The notes beneath the pieces are model-generated. The model did not search any database and was not told the DNA's origin. It saw nothing but the letters and a program-made list of their open reading frames with translations. The position numbers were made by a program, and so were the translations under genes. 64,000 bases of DNA from Octopus bimaculoides. Taxonomy: Eukaryota. The stretch covers positions 21,581,953-21,645,952 of the forward strand of contig NC_068984.1 in assembly GCF_001194135.2 (NCBI RefSeq), read 5' to 3'. Positions 39,761-53,886 of the stretch are shown here, piece after piece (within the stretch, counting starts at the first letter, position 1; each line of letters begins with the position of its first letter).

Positions 39761-42090
39761 AAGTACTTATACATATGTAAAAACATGTAAGCAAAAAAAC
39801 ATAAAATCTACATGCAATAACTTGCTTATAACCCATTGGATTCAATGACGGCCATTTTTTTTCTTTTTACCAATCTTCAATTGTAGATCTCTTTGATGAC
39901 TATAATTCATAAAGAGTAATGGTGACAAATGCAGCCTCGTGATTGACCGGAGAACCTTAAAAGCCATATAAGTCATTGTACATATGTGCATGTGTGCAAG
40001 CATGCATTTCATTGTAGCTAGGATGTGGCCTGTGCTACACTTTCTGCGCGCCCTCCTTAGCGAGGAAGCGACAGAAAGTGATTGTATTTTTATTGTTGCA
40101 GGCCTAAATGATACCCCGATTATCGCGACAAATATGACCATCATTGAGATGAGAGATCTATCATTCACACCGCAGAAGATGCCTTTGCAACGAAGTGTTA
40201 CACTGACGTTAGGAGTGCGCATATTAGAACATTATTATATTTGCTGTGAAAGAAAGAGATCTAGTGACCAGGGTGAGCCAAGACAATTGGTTCTTCCTCC
40301 CAGCTTCCAAGACCAATTTTAATTTCATCCTCCCATCTGCAAATGAAATGCATACTGCATACACACATATCTGTACTGTTACATACATACACATGCATGC
40401 ATACATACATACATACATACATACATGTCTAGATATGTAACTATATGCATGAGAATACACACATAAAACATACAAATCTGCACATACATGCATGCATACA
40501 TACATACATACATACATACATACATGCAGATAGACTCGAAAACAACATCAAGATATGTGGTGATATATATATCTCTTTATTTCTTTCACTCTACGCCGCT
40601 TCCCTCTGTCAGTCATTTTCCTTTCTCATATCACATACACACCACCTCTCAACATCGCTCACTCTATCGGCATTCATGTCTGTCTGTCTCTCTGCCTCTC
40701 CCTCATGTATGACTTCGTATCTATCTATCTATCTATGTATCTATCTATCTATCTATCACTCCTATTCTCATTTCTGTTACCCTATCCTTATCTCATCCTT
40801 TATTTCATTCCCTCCCACTCTTTATGTCTAACTATTTCTTTCACTCACACTCTTTCGCTTTCTCTAATGCTATGTCTCTATTTCTTTCTATCACTACTCC
40901 CCCCTCTCTCTCTACATGTATATATACCCAATAATACACACATACATCAATACAAAACTCTTCGCGCCACACCTCACATATACACATTCCACGCTCTCAA
41001 TTTTCCCATTTCTCTTTGCGTTTCTCATTCCTTGAGAAAATCTCTTTTCAAGTCAACCGTATTATTTTGCTGCTGTCATCACAAACTAATTAATTTCTTC
41101 ATTACTTAACAGCTCATCGACAAAATCTCTAAAACGCCAATATTCCCTACTCACCATGAAATGAAACCAATGTTGCTGAAACCAATGTTGGAACATGTAT
41201 ATAGTCGCTAGATCTGCTAGAGATAGCAGCCAAAATTCATCTACATTTTACACCCTACAGCTTTGAAAAAAGCAGCTCAGACTGAATAATGTAGTCCAAG
41301 GTACATAATGCTTGAAAAAATAACTGGACGCGTTGTTGGAATATTTCTGATTAAATTTGCTTGGTCGGAGAAATTTCAGATTGCTCTCATTTCAAGTTAT
41401 TTCCCGATAGCTTCAAATTGATTTAAGATTATCTCCTTAAAATATTCATTTATTTATCGCATTTTAACCCTGCAGCAGCATCGGTAGTAGTAGTAGTGGT
41501 AGTAGCTGCAGTAGTAGTAATAGTAGGAGTAGTAGCAGCAGTTGTGGTGGTGATGCTGAAAATGGTGGTGGTGGTGGTGGTGGTAGTAGTAGTACTTAAT
41601 AAATGTGATGGTGATGACTGAAGTAATAGTAGTAGTTGTAGTAGGTGAGAAAATGCATATAAAAGCAGGTTCAGGCTACCTTCGTGTGGTGATGGAGTGC
41701 AGTGTGTAATGTGAACTTAATTTCAGACTAACACGAGGAACCTTGAAATGAAAGCCGTTTTGTAGTCCTTACATCGGAACTAAGGAACAACATTCGTCAC
41801 AAGAAACACCCTGAAGTCTACATTCGGTCCTCAATCAACCAATTGCTCTCACCATTACCCTTCACTTTTTGATCTTCGAGCAAATAAAGGGAGCCACTTT
41901 AAAAGACCCCCCCCCCAGAAATGTTGGATAATGTGATCATGAGTTCCCTGGACAGAGAAAAATACGAGTGGTCACGGATGAGGTACTTTAGATATTGTTT
42001 CCTGTAAGACACAACAACAACGCCTGCTCTTTGGTTTCGTCTAACTTTCTGTTCAATTTTATTTTGGTAATTGCTATGTGTAGATTATAT

Positions 42091-42418
42091 GAAGGCGCGT
42101 GGCTCTGGTTAGAGCGTCGGGCTCACAATCATGAGGTAGTGAGATCGATTCCTGGACTGGGCTGTATATTGTGTTCTTGAGCGAGAGACTTTATTTTCAC
42201 GTTACTCTAGTTCACTCAGCTGCAGAAATAATTCACTATGCCATTGGTGCCAAGCTGTATCGGCCTTTGCCTTACCCTTGGATAACATCAGTGGTGTGGA
42301 GAGGGGAGGTTGATATGCATGGGTGACTGCTGGTCTTCCATAAACAACCCTGCTCGGATTTGTGCCTCGGAGGGGAACTTTCTAGGTGCAATCTCATAGC
42401 CATTACCCTTTACCCTTA
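42091..42418 (+). mobile_element. SINE family B (tRNA-like head, CORE/Meta-like central domain)
   Basis: gaaggcgcgtggctctggttagagcgtcgggctcacaatc...gatcgattcctgg, then tgtgttcttgagcgagagact...ctagttcactcagctg, then a (CCCTTTA)-like tail. Confidence 0.8.
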
Positions 42419-42611
42419 ATGTGCAGAGTAACTGTTGTAGACACGGGCCAGTAGTTAACATTAACTGCTGCTATGTAATAGTAAACATTTTACAGTACCT
42501 ATATATTGAACACTTTCATTTTGTTTGTGATAACGCTTGCACAAAATGTAACCACATGTGAATCGTTGGCGATTTTCCTCCTCCGTCTTCCTTTCTATTG
42601 GAATTTCCTCT

Positions 42612-42647
42612 GTTTCTGAAGAAGAGCGTTGCTTCGAAACGTTAAAC
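42612..42647 (+). ncRNA. Minimal type-I hammerhead ribozyme motif, canonical core
   Basis: GTTT-CTGAAGA(42616-22)-a gagc gtt gctt c-GAAAC-GT-T-AAAC. Stem I is a perfect 4 bp and stem III is the loop-less palindrome ACGT, which can form only as a dimer. It sits in a pyrimidine-rich pLTR-like segment (42480-42700). Confidence 0.6.
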
Positions 42648-42827
42648 TATCTTTCTTTCCTTCCCTGAGTGTCTGCTAATACTTTACATGAACCACGTCC
42701 TCGTGTTGTTGTTTTTTTTTGGATTCACTATACACACACATACACACATACGCACACACACATATATATACATAAATACACACATATATATACATACGCA
42801 CACACGTATATATACATACACACACAC

Positions 42828-42877
<50 letters not shown>

Positions 42878-43206
42878 NNNNNNNNNNTTATATATAAAAC
42901 GAATGAGGAATTTTTCTGCGATATGGTTAGTGTTATCTTAAAATTGTTCCTCTCTGTCTCTCTCTCTCTCTCTATATATATATATACTCATGTATGTGTA
43001 CACATATGTATTTGTCTCTATCTGACTATCTATGGGCGCGCGCGCGCGTGCGTGCGTGCGTGCGTGCGTGTGCGTGTGTGTGTGTGTGTGTACGTATTTT
43101 TCTGCGTGTATAAATATCTATCTATATATATATATATATACCTACCAACCTCGCTACTTATCTACATTCAGGCATAGATGCATACAAAGCATTCGTACAA
43201 CGCGCG

Positions 43207-43253
<47 letters not shown>

Positions 43254-43671
43254 CTGCTATCAAAGCTACTTTCAAACACAATTAGAATCTCGTTACACCA
43301 ACACCAACACCAACACCGCTGCTTATTTGTTTCCCAATAATCAAGAGATTTTGGAAAACCCAATGCTCCCTCCCATTGCACGAATTAAACCGCTCCAGCC
43401 CACGTTTTTTGCCATTATCCTCATGATCACCAGCGCCACCATATTCAGTGACAGTTGATCATGGTCATCATCATTGACATCGTCGTCATCACCATCATCA
43501 TCATAAGCATCGTTCTCATCATCTTTGTCATTATCTTCATCATTATCGCGTCACATTCATTTTTGTCGACGTCATCCTCGTCTTCCTTCTTATTGTCGCT
43601 GTATCAACGCCTTCCAGTCACTCTCTTTCCAATCACTTGGTAACCTCGCAACCAGCCAGCCAACCAACCAA

Positions 43672-43711
<40 letters not shown>

Positions 43712-45419
43712 ACCAACCAACCAAAACATATACCGCCACTTCACTGTCATCGTTACCACCACCACCACCAACAACAACACTAATCAATGATCTTTGCTAA
43801 TCACCTAACCAACCAGCAAAAAGCCAATGTTTCATCACTATCCCACCCCTGATACTGTTACAATTCCTACCCGTTCCACTCACCCGTATCTTTTAGTTTT
43901 ACTTTATGTACCCGCCAATCTATCTTGGCTAAACCAAACAATCGGCAGTGATACCGCAGTCAACATTGTCAATGCCACCCCACCCCCCACCGGCAACAAA
44001 TCGTTTTCGCGATTTTTACCGTTGTCATGGCGACCAAGACTACCCTCCCACCGCCACCACCATCATCAGTACTATCGACAATAATGTAACTACGATCATA
44101 GCTCCACCACTACCATTACTAGTAAACCCACCACTATTACCTCCACCCCAATATGCACCACTTCCGCCGCCCTCACTGACAATATGTTCTAACTCAATTT
44201 CCGCCATTATTAGCACCACTGCCACCATTAAGGACCACCAGCGCCAGCAGTTCCACCACCACTACCTCCAGCACTACCGCTGCCATCGTCACCACCACCG
44301 TCATCACCAACTGCACCGTCATCACCAACTGCTCTGTCATCACCTTAACCAACACTAATAGCTACTATCATCAGTTCCACCATCAGATCATCACCACCGC
44401 AGCTCCATCGTTATCGTGAACACCACCACCGCCACTAATTATAATCGATTACCTCTTCGCCGTGTGGAATGATATCCACCCGACGAACCAATCTAACCAA
44501 TCACCAACGTCATCGCCATTATTCTTGTCACACCCATCATTATCATCATCATTATCATCTTCATCATCATCATCATCATCATCTTCGCCTACAATCGTTA
44601 CCTTCCCCTCTTACACCCAGCCTACACCGTTTACGTAATGACCTAATCACACAAACCAATCATGCAGTCAGCCAGCCAACCAGACAACCAACCAACCAAA
44701 CAGTTACCATCCGTCCAGCCAGCCAACCTGCTACCTACCATCAGCCACCCAGCCAACCAACCAACCAGACAGGCAACCAGCCAGTACCATCGTCTAGTTA
44801 AGAGAGACTTTGACCTAGAAGTCCTTACCTGTATTGATCAGGCATTTCAAAACGTTTCTAAACGTTTCAACACTACTCCTCCTCCACCACCACCACCATC
44901 ACCACCACCACCACCACCACCAACTCCTCCTCCTCCTCCTCCTCCCACCGTCCACACTTACCCACACAGCCATCAATGGATCTTGCACGCTTTTCTTTGT
45001 TTATATTTTCTGTCTTTATCGTCTGCCAACGCCCCTCTCTCTTCCTCTCTGTCTCTCTCCATGTCTCTCTCTATCTCGATCTCTCCCTCCTTCCATCTTT
45101 CCCCCGTCTCTCTCTCTCTGTGTCTCCCTCGCTCCACCTTTCCAGCTCTCTTTCTCTACCTCTCTCTGTATCTCTACCTCTCTCCGTATCTCTCTATTAC
45201 TATCTACCTATCCTCTACCAACCACCAATAACCAATCGCCTTCCACCTTTCATTCTCAACCAGCATTCGCAACAATCCCATCACTAGCAACAACACTTAT
45301 CCTTCCCCTGCCTATTATTTTGCTTTCCGACCTCTTTATTATCTCTCTTTCAAGAAATGAGTTTTTTTAAAAAAGTTTTCGCTTAATGATTTTCTCCATC
45401 AATGTATTTCTTGAAATTT

Positions 45420-45580
45420 TATTACTTATTTCAGTGATTATACTGCAGTTATACTGGGGCACCACCTTGAAGAATTTTAGACGAACAAATCAACCCAAGA
45501 CTTGTTTGTTTTTTGTTCTTTACAATCGGAATTCTCTTTGGCCGAACCGCTACGTAAACAAACTACATAAAACACTACGT

Positions 45581-45636
<56 letters not shown>

Positions 45637-45803
45637 ACACACACACGTAATATGGGTTTCCACTCAGTTTCCGTTTACCAGATGCACTGACAAGGCATAA
45701 ATCGGTCTGGGGCTGTAATAGAACTCACTTGTCCAAAGCGTAGGATCGAACTCAAAACCTCGTGGTTGCAAAGTGAATTTCTTAACCACACACCCATGCC
45801 TGT
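45420..45803 (-). mobile_element. SINE family C, full length
   Basis: Tail tttcagtgattatactgcagttatactggggcaccacc, (CA)n, and head gatcgaactcaaaacctcgtggttgcaaag. Confidence 0.8.
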
Positions 45804-45871
45804 ACACAAACACATACACACGCACACACACACACACACATACACCCACACACACAGAGATTTACACATGT

Positions 45872-46024
45872 GTACGACGGGTTTCTTTCAGTTTCTATAT
45901 ATCAAATCCACTCACAAGGCTTTAGTTGACCTGGGGCTATTGTTGAAGAGACTTGCCCAAGATGCTACGCAATGGGACTGAACCCAGAACTATGTGGCTG
46001 GTAAGAAAACTTCTTACTATACAA

Positions 46025-46027
<3 letters not shown>
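45872..46027 (-). mobile_element. SINE family C head fragment
   Basis: tccactcacaaggctttagttgacctggggctattg...gggactgaacccagaactatgtgg. Confidence 0.8.
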
Positions 46028-46100
<73 letters not shown>

Positions 46101-46857
46101 CTTAGAGTAGCGGAGTTTTCCTCTGATAGTCGTAGTGTCTAGTGACATTATTTCGCGTCCTGTGTTCTGGACGGGAAATGATGAAATTAGAAACTGCAAG
46201 TGTTATCTTAACGTTTTGTCTTTCTGGGGCTTATGAAATAAGCGTCAGTGGTCGATAGAATAAACAGTTGTCTCCCTTTCGAGTGAAAGTACCGTCTTTG
46301 AGGCTTTGTGTCTCTTGTATATAGAGAGATGATTGAATTGACTGTACTTCTAAACTTGTGACCTTGTGCCCTAATATGAAAATCAATAATGGAAGGGATG
46401 AAACATTTAAAGAGAAGAAAGGAAAGGAACCAATACATCATTGGAACAAACAAGAAAAAAAATTAAATTATTACAAAGCGGTAACCCCCCCCCGGCAAAA
46501 ACAACAAAAGCTCTCACCTAACTCCGACAAAGAGCAAACAGAAATTAAATACAAAAGAAAAAATATAATTGCACGAAATAAAGAAATAAATAATATAAAT
46601 AAGAATTAAGTTGAATGAAGTATTTGTGTAATTAGGAAAAAAATTAAATAACATCTCAGAAATATGATGAAAAAATAATTTAAAAGATTTTGAAGGAAAA
46701 AAAATAATGATTTCATTTATTGGCAGAAGACCAAGGCATTTACTAGGCATGCAGTATAGTTGTATTGAAATGGACCTCAGTGGATATCTGGTCGAAATAA
46801 AAAAGAAAAGGAAAATGTTTTCCGTCAGTTTCGACGATCAGAAATCAGTTATTCTTT

Positions 46858-47226
46858 TATTATTTTACTTGTTTCAGTTATTTTGATTGCGGCCATGCTG
46901 GAGTACCACCTTAAGTGAAAGCAGCGTCAGCTGAATTACCTGTTCAATGAACTAGCGTGTTAGCGGCTGAATACTCCATAGACACGTGTATCACTCAACG
47001 TAATTCTCCGGCAGAATCAGTATGACACAGTGTATGTGTGTGAGAAAGTTCTCTCTTTGAATTCCAAGCGGAATCTAATCAACGGGTTTCCGTCTACTTA
47101 ATTTCATTCATTGCACTGAGCCGAAGCGAGACTAAAAGACCCTTGTCCAAGATGCTACGTAGTGAGAACGAATCCGGGCCGGGACCTTGTGATTGCGAAG
47201 CGAGCTTTTTAACTATTCCAGCCATT
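46858..47226 (-). mobile_element. Mosaic SINE: family C head + family A central domain + family C tail
   Basis: 46858-46912 is the family C tail. 46939-47062 aligns with the reverse complement of 21180-21300. 47085-47226 is the family C head. Confidence 0.7.
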
Positions 47227-48358
47227 CTACTTCTACAGATTTCTGGTAATAGTACACGCTAGTGACAGATTATACGTCCACTGGATTTGTACCAACCTCA
47301 ATACGTTACTCATATTTATGTTACCAATTTCGAAGGATAAACAAAGTGGATCTCCGAGAGAGATCTGAATTCCGACTTTAGAGAGATGGAATTAAATACT
47401 GAAAGTCATCTAGTTAATTTAGTCAGATACTCTACAGTATCTCCCAACCAAGCACACACTTCAGAGGGAAATAATGTTTTCTCATATTCACACATTATAT
47501 AGAAGGATACAACTGATTCAGCCAATTCCCAATCGTTCTCTGCATAATTCTGGTAAAAAGAAAAAATGCCTCAGAATCTGAGAAAGTTGGGTAGCAGTAT
47601 GCGTCGGTAAACATTACACAATGAAGCTCATGATTAAATAACTTTGTATGATGTAGGCATGAGATGAATCTGTAGTTTCAGGATTGATACTTCATGTAGG
47701 AGAGAAATAAATTTTCAATTGAAATTTTTTCAGCATATTACTTATGGGAACTTATTTCATCAACCTTGGAAGGATGAAAAAGCGAATTGAACCTCGGTGG
47801 GATTTGCACTACTGGAATAAGGGACATAATTTACTGCAAGGCAAGCAAGTATAATCCACCACTTCACAGATTACTGTCAACTCCATGATCTTTTTATGTT
47901 AAAGCAATAAACGTTGAGACGTAGATAAAAATAACATTTTCTTCCATTGTTACAAGTAGTATTTTCTTAATTTCCGCTATAATTTACTTATCTAGACACA
48001 CTCCTGTTGCTATTATTTTAAATTCATTTAACAATATTTTATACGTGACTGCCAAAAAAGAATATGCCGAAGTAACATATGACACCATGCTAATAACACG
48101 CTCTCGGATAGGCCCACACCAACGTAATGAAAAATACAACGTGCAACGAATGACCCACCATCATAGAAAAGAAGAAAAAAATCCTATCCACAACACATAT
48201 AAATACTCCCAGATTCTTCATTGTTGTCTCCATCACTACAAATAACAAGAATAATTTTTAAAATTGCACACTTTAAATTTCGGACTTTCGACCAAGAATG
48301 AAATTAGTAGTAGTTACATACCTCTCTCTCTCTCTCTCTTGCACGCTCTCCATCCACC

Positions 48359-48393
<35 letters not shown>

Positions 48394-48470
48394 TCAGTAA
48401 ATAGTGGGGTTGTGTTAACCGCACGTGGAGAAATAATAGGAAAATGAAAAAAAGCCAGAATGCTGAACTG

Positions 48471-48651
48471 GGAGCATAATTTAATAAAGATTTTTTCTAA
48501 CCGGTTTTCATTGCGATGAAGCAAATTATCAAGAAGAAGGAGAATGAAAATGTTTTTTTACAAAGAAGTACAAAAAAGTACAAATATTATTTTCTTCATT
48601 TTGTACTTTTTTGAAAACCGGTTAGAAAAAATCTTTATTAAATTATGCTCC
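48471..48651. mobile_element. MITE-like foldback with perfect 40-bp inverted repeats, truncated by a gap
   Basis: ggagcataatttaataaagattttttctaaccggttttca (48471-48510) and its exact reverse complement at 48612-48651. Confidence 0.8.
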
Positions 48652-48676
48652 NNNNNNNNNNNNNNNNNNNNNNNNN

Positions 48677-48714
<38 letters not shown>

Positions 48715-49810
48715 TGTGAGTTTAGAGAGATATATTAGCCGGGCGGATACCGTGGCGTGGTAGCTCCCAGTTATGTTCTAGGACACGGTTAACCCATGGA
48801 TCAATATTTTCTGTCTATGACTACTAGGTGTATATAAGCAAATCTAGGACAACAAAAATCAGTAGGATGAACACAGTGAATATATTAGATCGACACTCAG
48901 TGAAAGTTTTAGATGGGAAAATATGAGTAGAAATGACGCTACAAGCATGGTACTTAGTCGGATAGACGTAAAGGTCCAGGGAAGTGGAAAAGAAAGAGAT
49001 AGTCCAGAGAAAAGCAAGTGTGTCATTACATGGTCAATGTGTATGTATGTATGCATTTATTTTCGTCTGTCCGTGTGTGTGTGTGTGTGTTGTAGTAAAA
49101 CAGAGTATGAGGTCAACAAATAGGTATTTTACCAATCCTGACAAAAACGGAAAGCAAGGCGATTTCACTAAATGTAGAGCGTTTCTAAGTTCGGAACTGC
49201 AATTTATACAACGTCCACATTCAAGAGGAACTGTTACCAACAAAAATCAGAGGCTCTACTACAAGGTCACTAGAACTACTAGTAATAAAAGTAAAATTTC
49301 TCTTAAATCATACCGATAGTCTTCAAGAAAGGAAGGATACATTGGATAATGTACTTCGTGATATACGGAAAGACGAGATGTTCCCAAGTTGAAGCTTTTA
49401 CTCAGAGGTGGTGTCGAATCGACCTCGTTTAAGCAACGACAACAAGGGAAATGAAAAGCGGCAAGAACTAAAGTAAATTACAAAAACAACTACACATAAT
49501 GATACAATGTGCAAATACTCTGTACATATCCAACCCTAGCACCACCACTATTACCAACCACAAACACCAACACTACCTTATTAATATCATCGTAAATATA
49601 ATAACTAAAACAACAATAATGTTGCTGTAAACGTCAGCAATAATTGTGGTGACATCAATAACTGTGTGTTATGAAATGAAACAGCACCTGCGCTTCGTAC
49701 AATGCTTTTGTATCTCACTGATAGGTCTTCAGTCGAAGCACAACTGAAAATCTTTGAGCAACAACAGTAACAGCTACGATGCACATGACAACGACGACGA
49801 CAGCCACCAC

Positions 49811-49845
<35 letters not shown>

Positions 49846-50186
49846 GCAACAGCAGCAGCAGCAGCAGCACCATCATCGCCATCGCCATCACGACAGCAAC
49901 AACAGCAAGAGGCATAATACTCACGGCGATGACGACGACGACGACGACGACGACAACCACCACCACCACCACCACNNNNNNNNNNNNNNNNNNNNNNNNN
50001 NNNNNNNNNNNNNNNNNNNNNNNNNNNNNNNNNNNNNNNNNNNNNNNNNNNNNNNNNNNNNNNNNNNNNNGACCACCACCACCACCACCACCACTACCAC
50101 CATCCACTACTACTACAACCACAACAGCCAAAATATCCACAATGATGACCCCCCCCCATCTCCACCACGACTTCAACGACAACAGT

Positions 50187-50217
<31 letters not shown>

Positions 50218-50618
50218 AAACCAGTTGCAGAAGCAGTAAGGTTAAATGTGAATAAATAATTATAGAATTATAAATCTGAGATGCTTTGTTTCCGTTTGTA
50301 AAGGCTGTTTCTTTGTTGGGTGCTCTTCGAGTTCTCCCTTATATTTCTTACATTTTATAATTTCACTTTTATTTTTCATACAATTTTCTCTACTAGATTT
50401 GCCACGTCTTTTATATTTACATTTGCCTTTATATTTTCACATTTAGCCTCTTCTCAGTGGTTTATTCATTCCTTGCCGACCCAGGAATGCATTTCACAAA
50501 ACAGCTGCTGCACGGCAGCCATTTTATAGAGTTAGTTTTATATGTTAGCATCGGACATCCTTCTTTTCATACCCCACTCACTCACTTCATCTCTGTCTCT
50601 CTCTCTCTCTCTCCCCCC

Positions 50619-50682
<64 letters not shown>

Positions 50683-50714
50683 GTCTGTCTGTCTGTCTAT
50701 TGTAGGAGTGGAAG

Positions 50715-50940
50715 TGTGTCTAGATTAGAGGTTAGGGTGTTACACTCATGATCGTAAGATTGTGGTTTCGATTCCTAGACCGGGCGATACGTGGTGTTCC
50801 TGATCAAAATACTTCCTTTTATGTTGCTCCAGTCTACTGAGCTGGCAAAAATAAATAACCCTGCGACGGACCGGCGTCATCTCTGGCGGCAGGGGAAACC
50901 GGCCTTATGAGCCTATAGATCGGTAAGGACCTTTGATCCT
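50715..50940 (+). mobile_element. Degenerate tRNA-derived SINE (family B-related, V/Meta-like segment)
   Basis: ggtttcgattcctagaccgggcg...ttgctccagtctactgagctggc...accctgcgacggaccggcgtc. Confidence 0.65.
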
Positions 50941-51473
50941 TCTTTTTCCGATCCATTGTAGGAATATATATTCTCATGAACGAACATATGGCCATGGAAG
51001 CATCGAAAGCTCTGTTGTTAAGAACCTGCCCTCATAATCATATCATTTTTGCGTTCTACCTAAACCTTGTGAGGGAAACTGGGCTGATGGAAACTGTACG
51101 GAATCCCATTGGACCACACATAGTTTTGTTCGGGAGAATTAGTCTATCGCCCGGTTTAAAGCTACCACATGACCCACAGATAATCTATTGTAATTATTCA
51201 GACCAGGTTTCTGGCCCCACAGTTCAATATTTCTTATAGCACTACACAAATTGTCCTTTCCTCACCCACACCACTCACCCAATTACATTTAAAGATCTAC
51301 AGAGATATATTAACTCACAATTACAAGCCAATGCAGAAACTTTGAATTTAACAGTACTGTTACAGTCTACAATGGTAAATCGTTGTTTAAGACTAGATCT
51401 GCTCTGGTCCAGTAGACATCTGATTAACGCCGGTGTTCCAGTTGACTATTTTGTCTGATTTTCAAACAGTTTA

Positions 51474-51553
51474 ATTTATGTCATTATTCACTGTTCTGTT
51501 TTTTTTTTGTCTCTATTTATGGCATTATTCACTGTTCTGTTTTTTTTTTGTCT
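51474..51553. repeat. 41-bp local tandem duplication
   Basis: atttatg(t/g)cattattcactgttctgttttttttttgtct occurs at 51474 and 51515. Confidence 0.85.
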
Positions 51554-53218
51554 GTAATATCTATTCACAGCTTTGTCGACTAGACCACACCTGACACACA
51601 TCTAAATATACAAGTCCAGTGAACTTTAATCTAAAGTATTCTATGTTCTTTCTTTGCATAAAAGGTGAACCAAGAATCATTCCATCTATTAAAAATATTT
51701 GTTAAATCTTCCTCAAACCACACTCCATTGTCTTAAAAACGGAAAGGACATATTAAATGATTTTAGTCTTTAATACACCTAAAATGATAGGATACATAAA
51801 GTTGTAAAGCCTTTGAACATAAGTCTACTCGATCATTGTTGATGTGGTGCTAAACAGCAATTACAATACATAAAGGATTCAGGGAAGATGTTAGAAGGTC
51901 AACTGATCCTCATAAAACACAAAATTATTACCGAAACTAACGACACGATATGTTTCAGGTAAGCATGCCTTACAAGATGTTTGTTGCTGGATGTCATAAT
52001 ACTTTGCATAGTAAACATTGTCATAAAGTTTTACTGCATTTATTCATACCACACAGCCGAAATTATAAAATCAAACGTCATTTGACGGACATTAATATCA
52101 CCTTTTTTTATCGTTTTGTTAGGAAAGAAAGCAGTGCTCATGACACTTTATAGGGTTTTCAAGAACGGTAGGAGGGAAGGAGAAAGATATCCGCAAACCT
52201 AAGATAAGACCCGAAAGCTTGCAACAAAAAGGACTCCACTAAAAGTACCCAATGTGCCAGAGATTCGCGGTGTCAAACCGAGTGACGGAGGATTAAATCG
52301 ACCGCAGAAAAAAGGCTATAACAGGATTTTAACAAAGAGTTTCTTTGAATTCTTTGCGAAACAAATTCCGCAATGCATCTGGTCCGGCGTTCTTGCAGCT
52401 GCACCAATCCACCGTCCTGGATGGAAACTCTTTTTTATCGATCACGAAAGGATGGAAGGCAAAGTTAATCTCAGAAATACTGACTTGAACTAACCTAAAC
52501 ACCAATTAATGGACAGTTTTGATATGAAACATCCAACAACTGATAACTTACGTGGGACTGATAGAATACAAAATTAAAAAGGCCAGGTTAGCGTAAATAT
52601 ATGAAGATTTGATCCAGTAGCAAGTTGTATATTCTATTACACAATCAATTGTTTCCTTGTCTACACTGTGATATATCTCGAAAATATATTCATGCACCAT
52701 AGAAACATCTATTTTAAAAAGAAACATTATTTCTGCAACAATAATCTCACAAACGGCTGGCGATTTAGTAGTGAATCAAAATGTCCGAGGTCCTGTACAT
52801 TTTTTTTTATTGATTCCCAGTTTAAAGAAATCCGATCTTACCTAGGATTCAATTAAACGAAACTATAGTTTCGTTATTAATGGGATATCGGGTAAGCATA
52901 CTTGAAATATGTCACGGACATATGACATTACACTTATCGATATATCAAATGTCTAGAAACGAAGGGGAAAGAAGAATAAAATATAGTAAAACGAGAGAAA
53001 AAGTTGAACAATTAATTACATTTGGATTGTGTGTTTTTATCTTAGAAAATTGCATCTGAAGTTCAATAAATCTGAATGGCTTTTCTTTTCTGTCTTTTCT
53101 ACTGTTCTCCTTTCTACTTCTTTCCTCTCTTAGTCTGTCTCTTTCTGTCAACGAGAATACACAGACCAGCGTATATGTGGTCTCATGTGCATATAAATAT
53201 TCACGCACACGCACACAC

Positions 53219-53250
<32 letters not shown>

Positions 53251-53886
53251 NNNNNNNNNNNNNNNNNNNNNNNNNNNNNNNNNNNNNNNNNNNNNNNNNN
53301 NNNNNNNNNNNNNNNNNNNNNNNNNNNNNNNNNNNNNNNNNNNNNNNNNNATATATACACACACATATATAGTTATATGTTTTGATGAATTTATAGAGTT
53401 GCAGAATATCGCTAATGCATTACTGTTGATAATTAATCTAATTGATTATTTCTTTCTATTTTTTAAAAAATAATTCTATTTCCTACTAATTGAAATCCTA
53501 TTTGTAGTTCTTAGCATATATAACTAGATAGAAACATTAAATAAGTGTCGAATTGTGTTATCAATGTATATTTGTTTATTCAGCAAGGCAAGAGGTTACA
53601 GTGTAATAACAATGACGGATTCTGTAAGGTATCTTCTCTGATTACCTTTAATTATAACAAATATTTCAATAGACTTATTTTATCAAAGTATTTTCATTTG
53701 TTTTCTTTCTTGTTCTTTAACCGCAGATCACTCAAGTCGAGTATATCTTTGATATCTTTGATCAAAGCCGTTCCATCTTTGGTTATCAAGCTTTTTTTTA
53801 AATATATCTTTGACTACTGTATACTTATCACATATAAACACTTAAAGTACGCAAAATAGTGAATTCAGTTCTTCGAAGATATTAGA

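Noticed and set aside
43827-45370. Pro/His/Thr-rich ORFs (also 3623-4096, 6877-7326, 49715-50255)
   Set aside because: They are translations of trinucleotide and tetranucleotide low-complexity tracts, open in several frames, with no splice or domain support.
51085-51125. WDSVQ peptide resembling the tetraspanin WDxxQ helix
   Set aside because: No splice donor after Q and no upstream TM3-like sequence.
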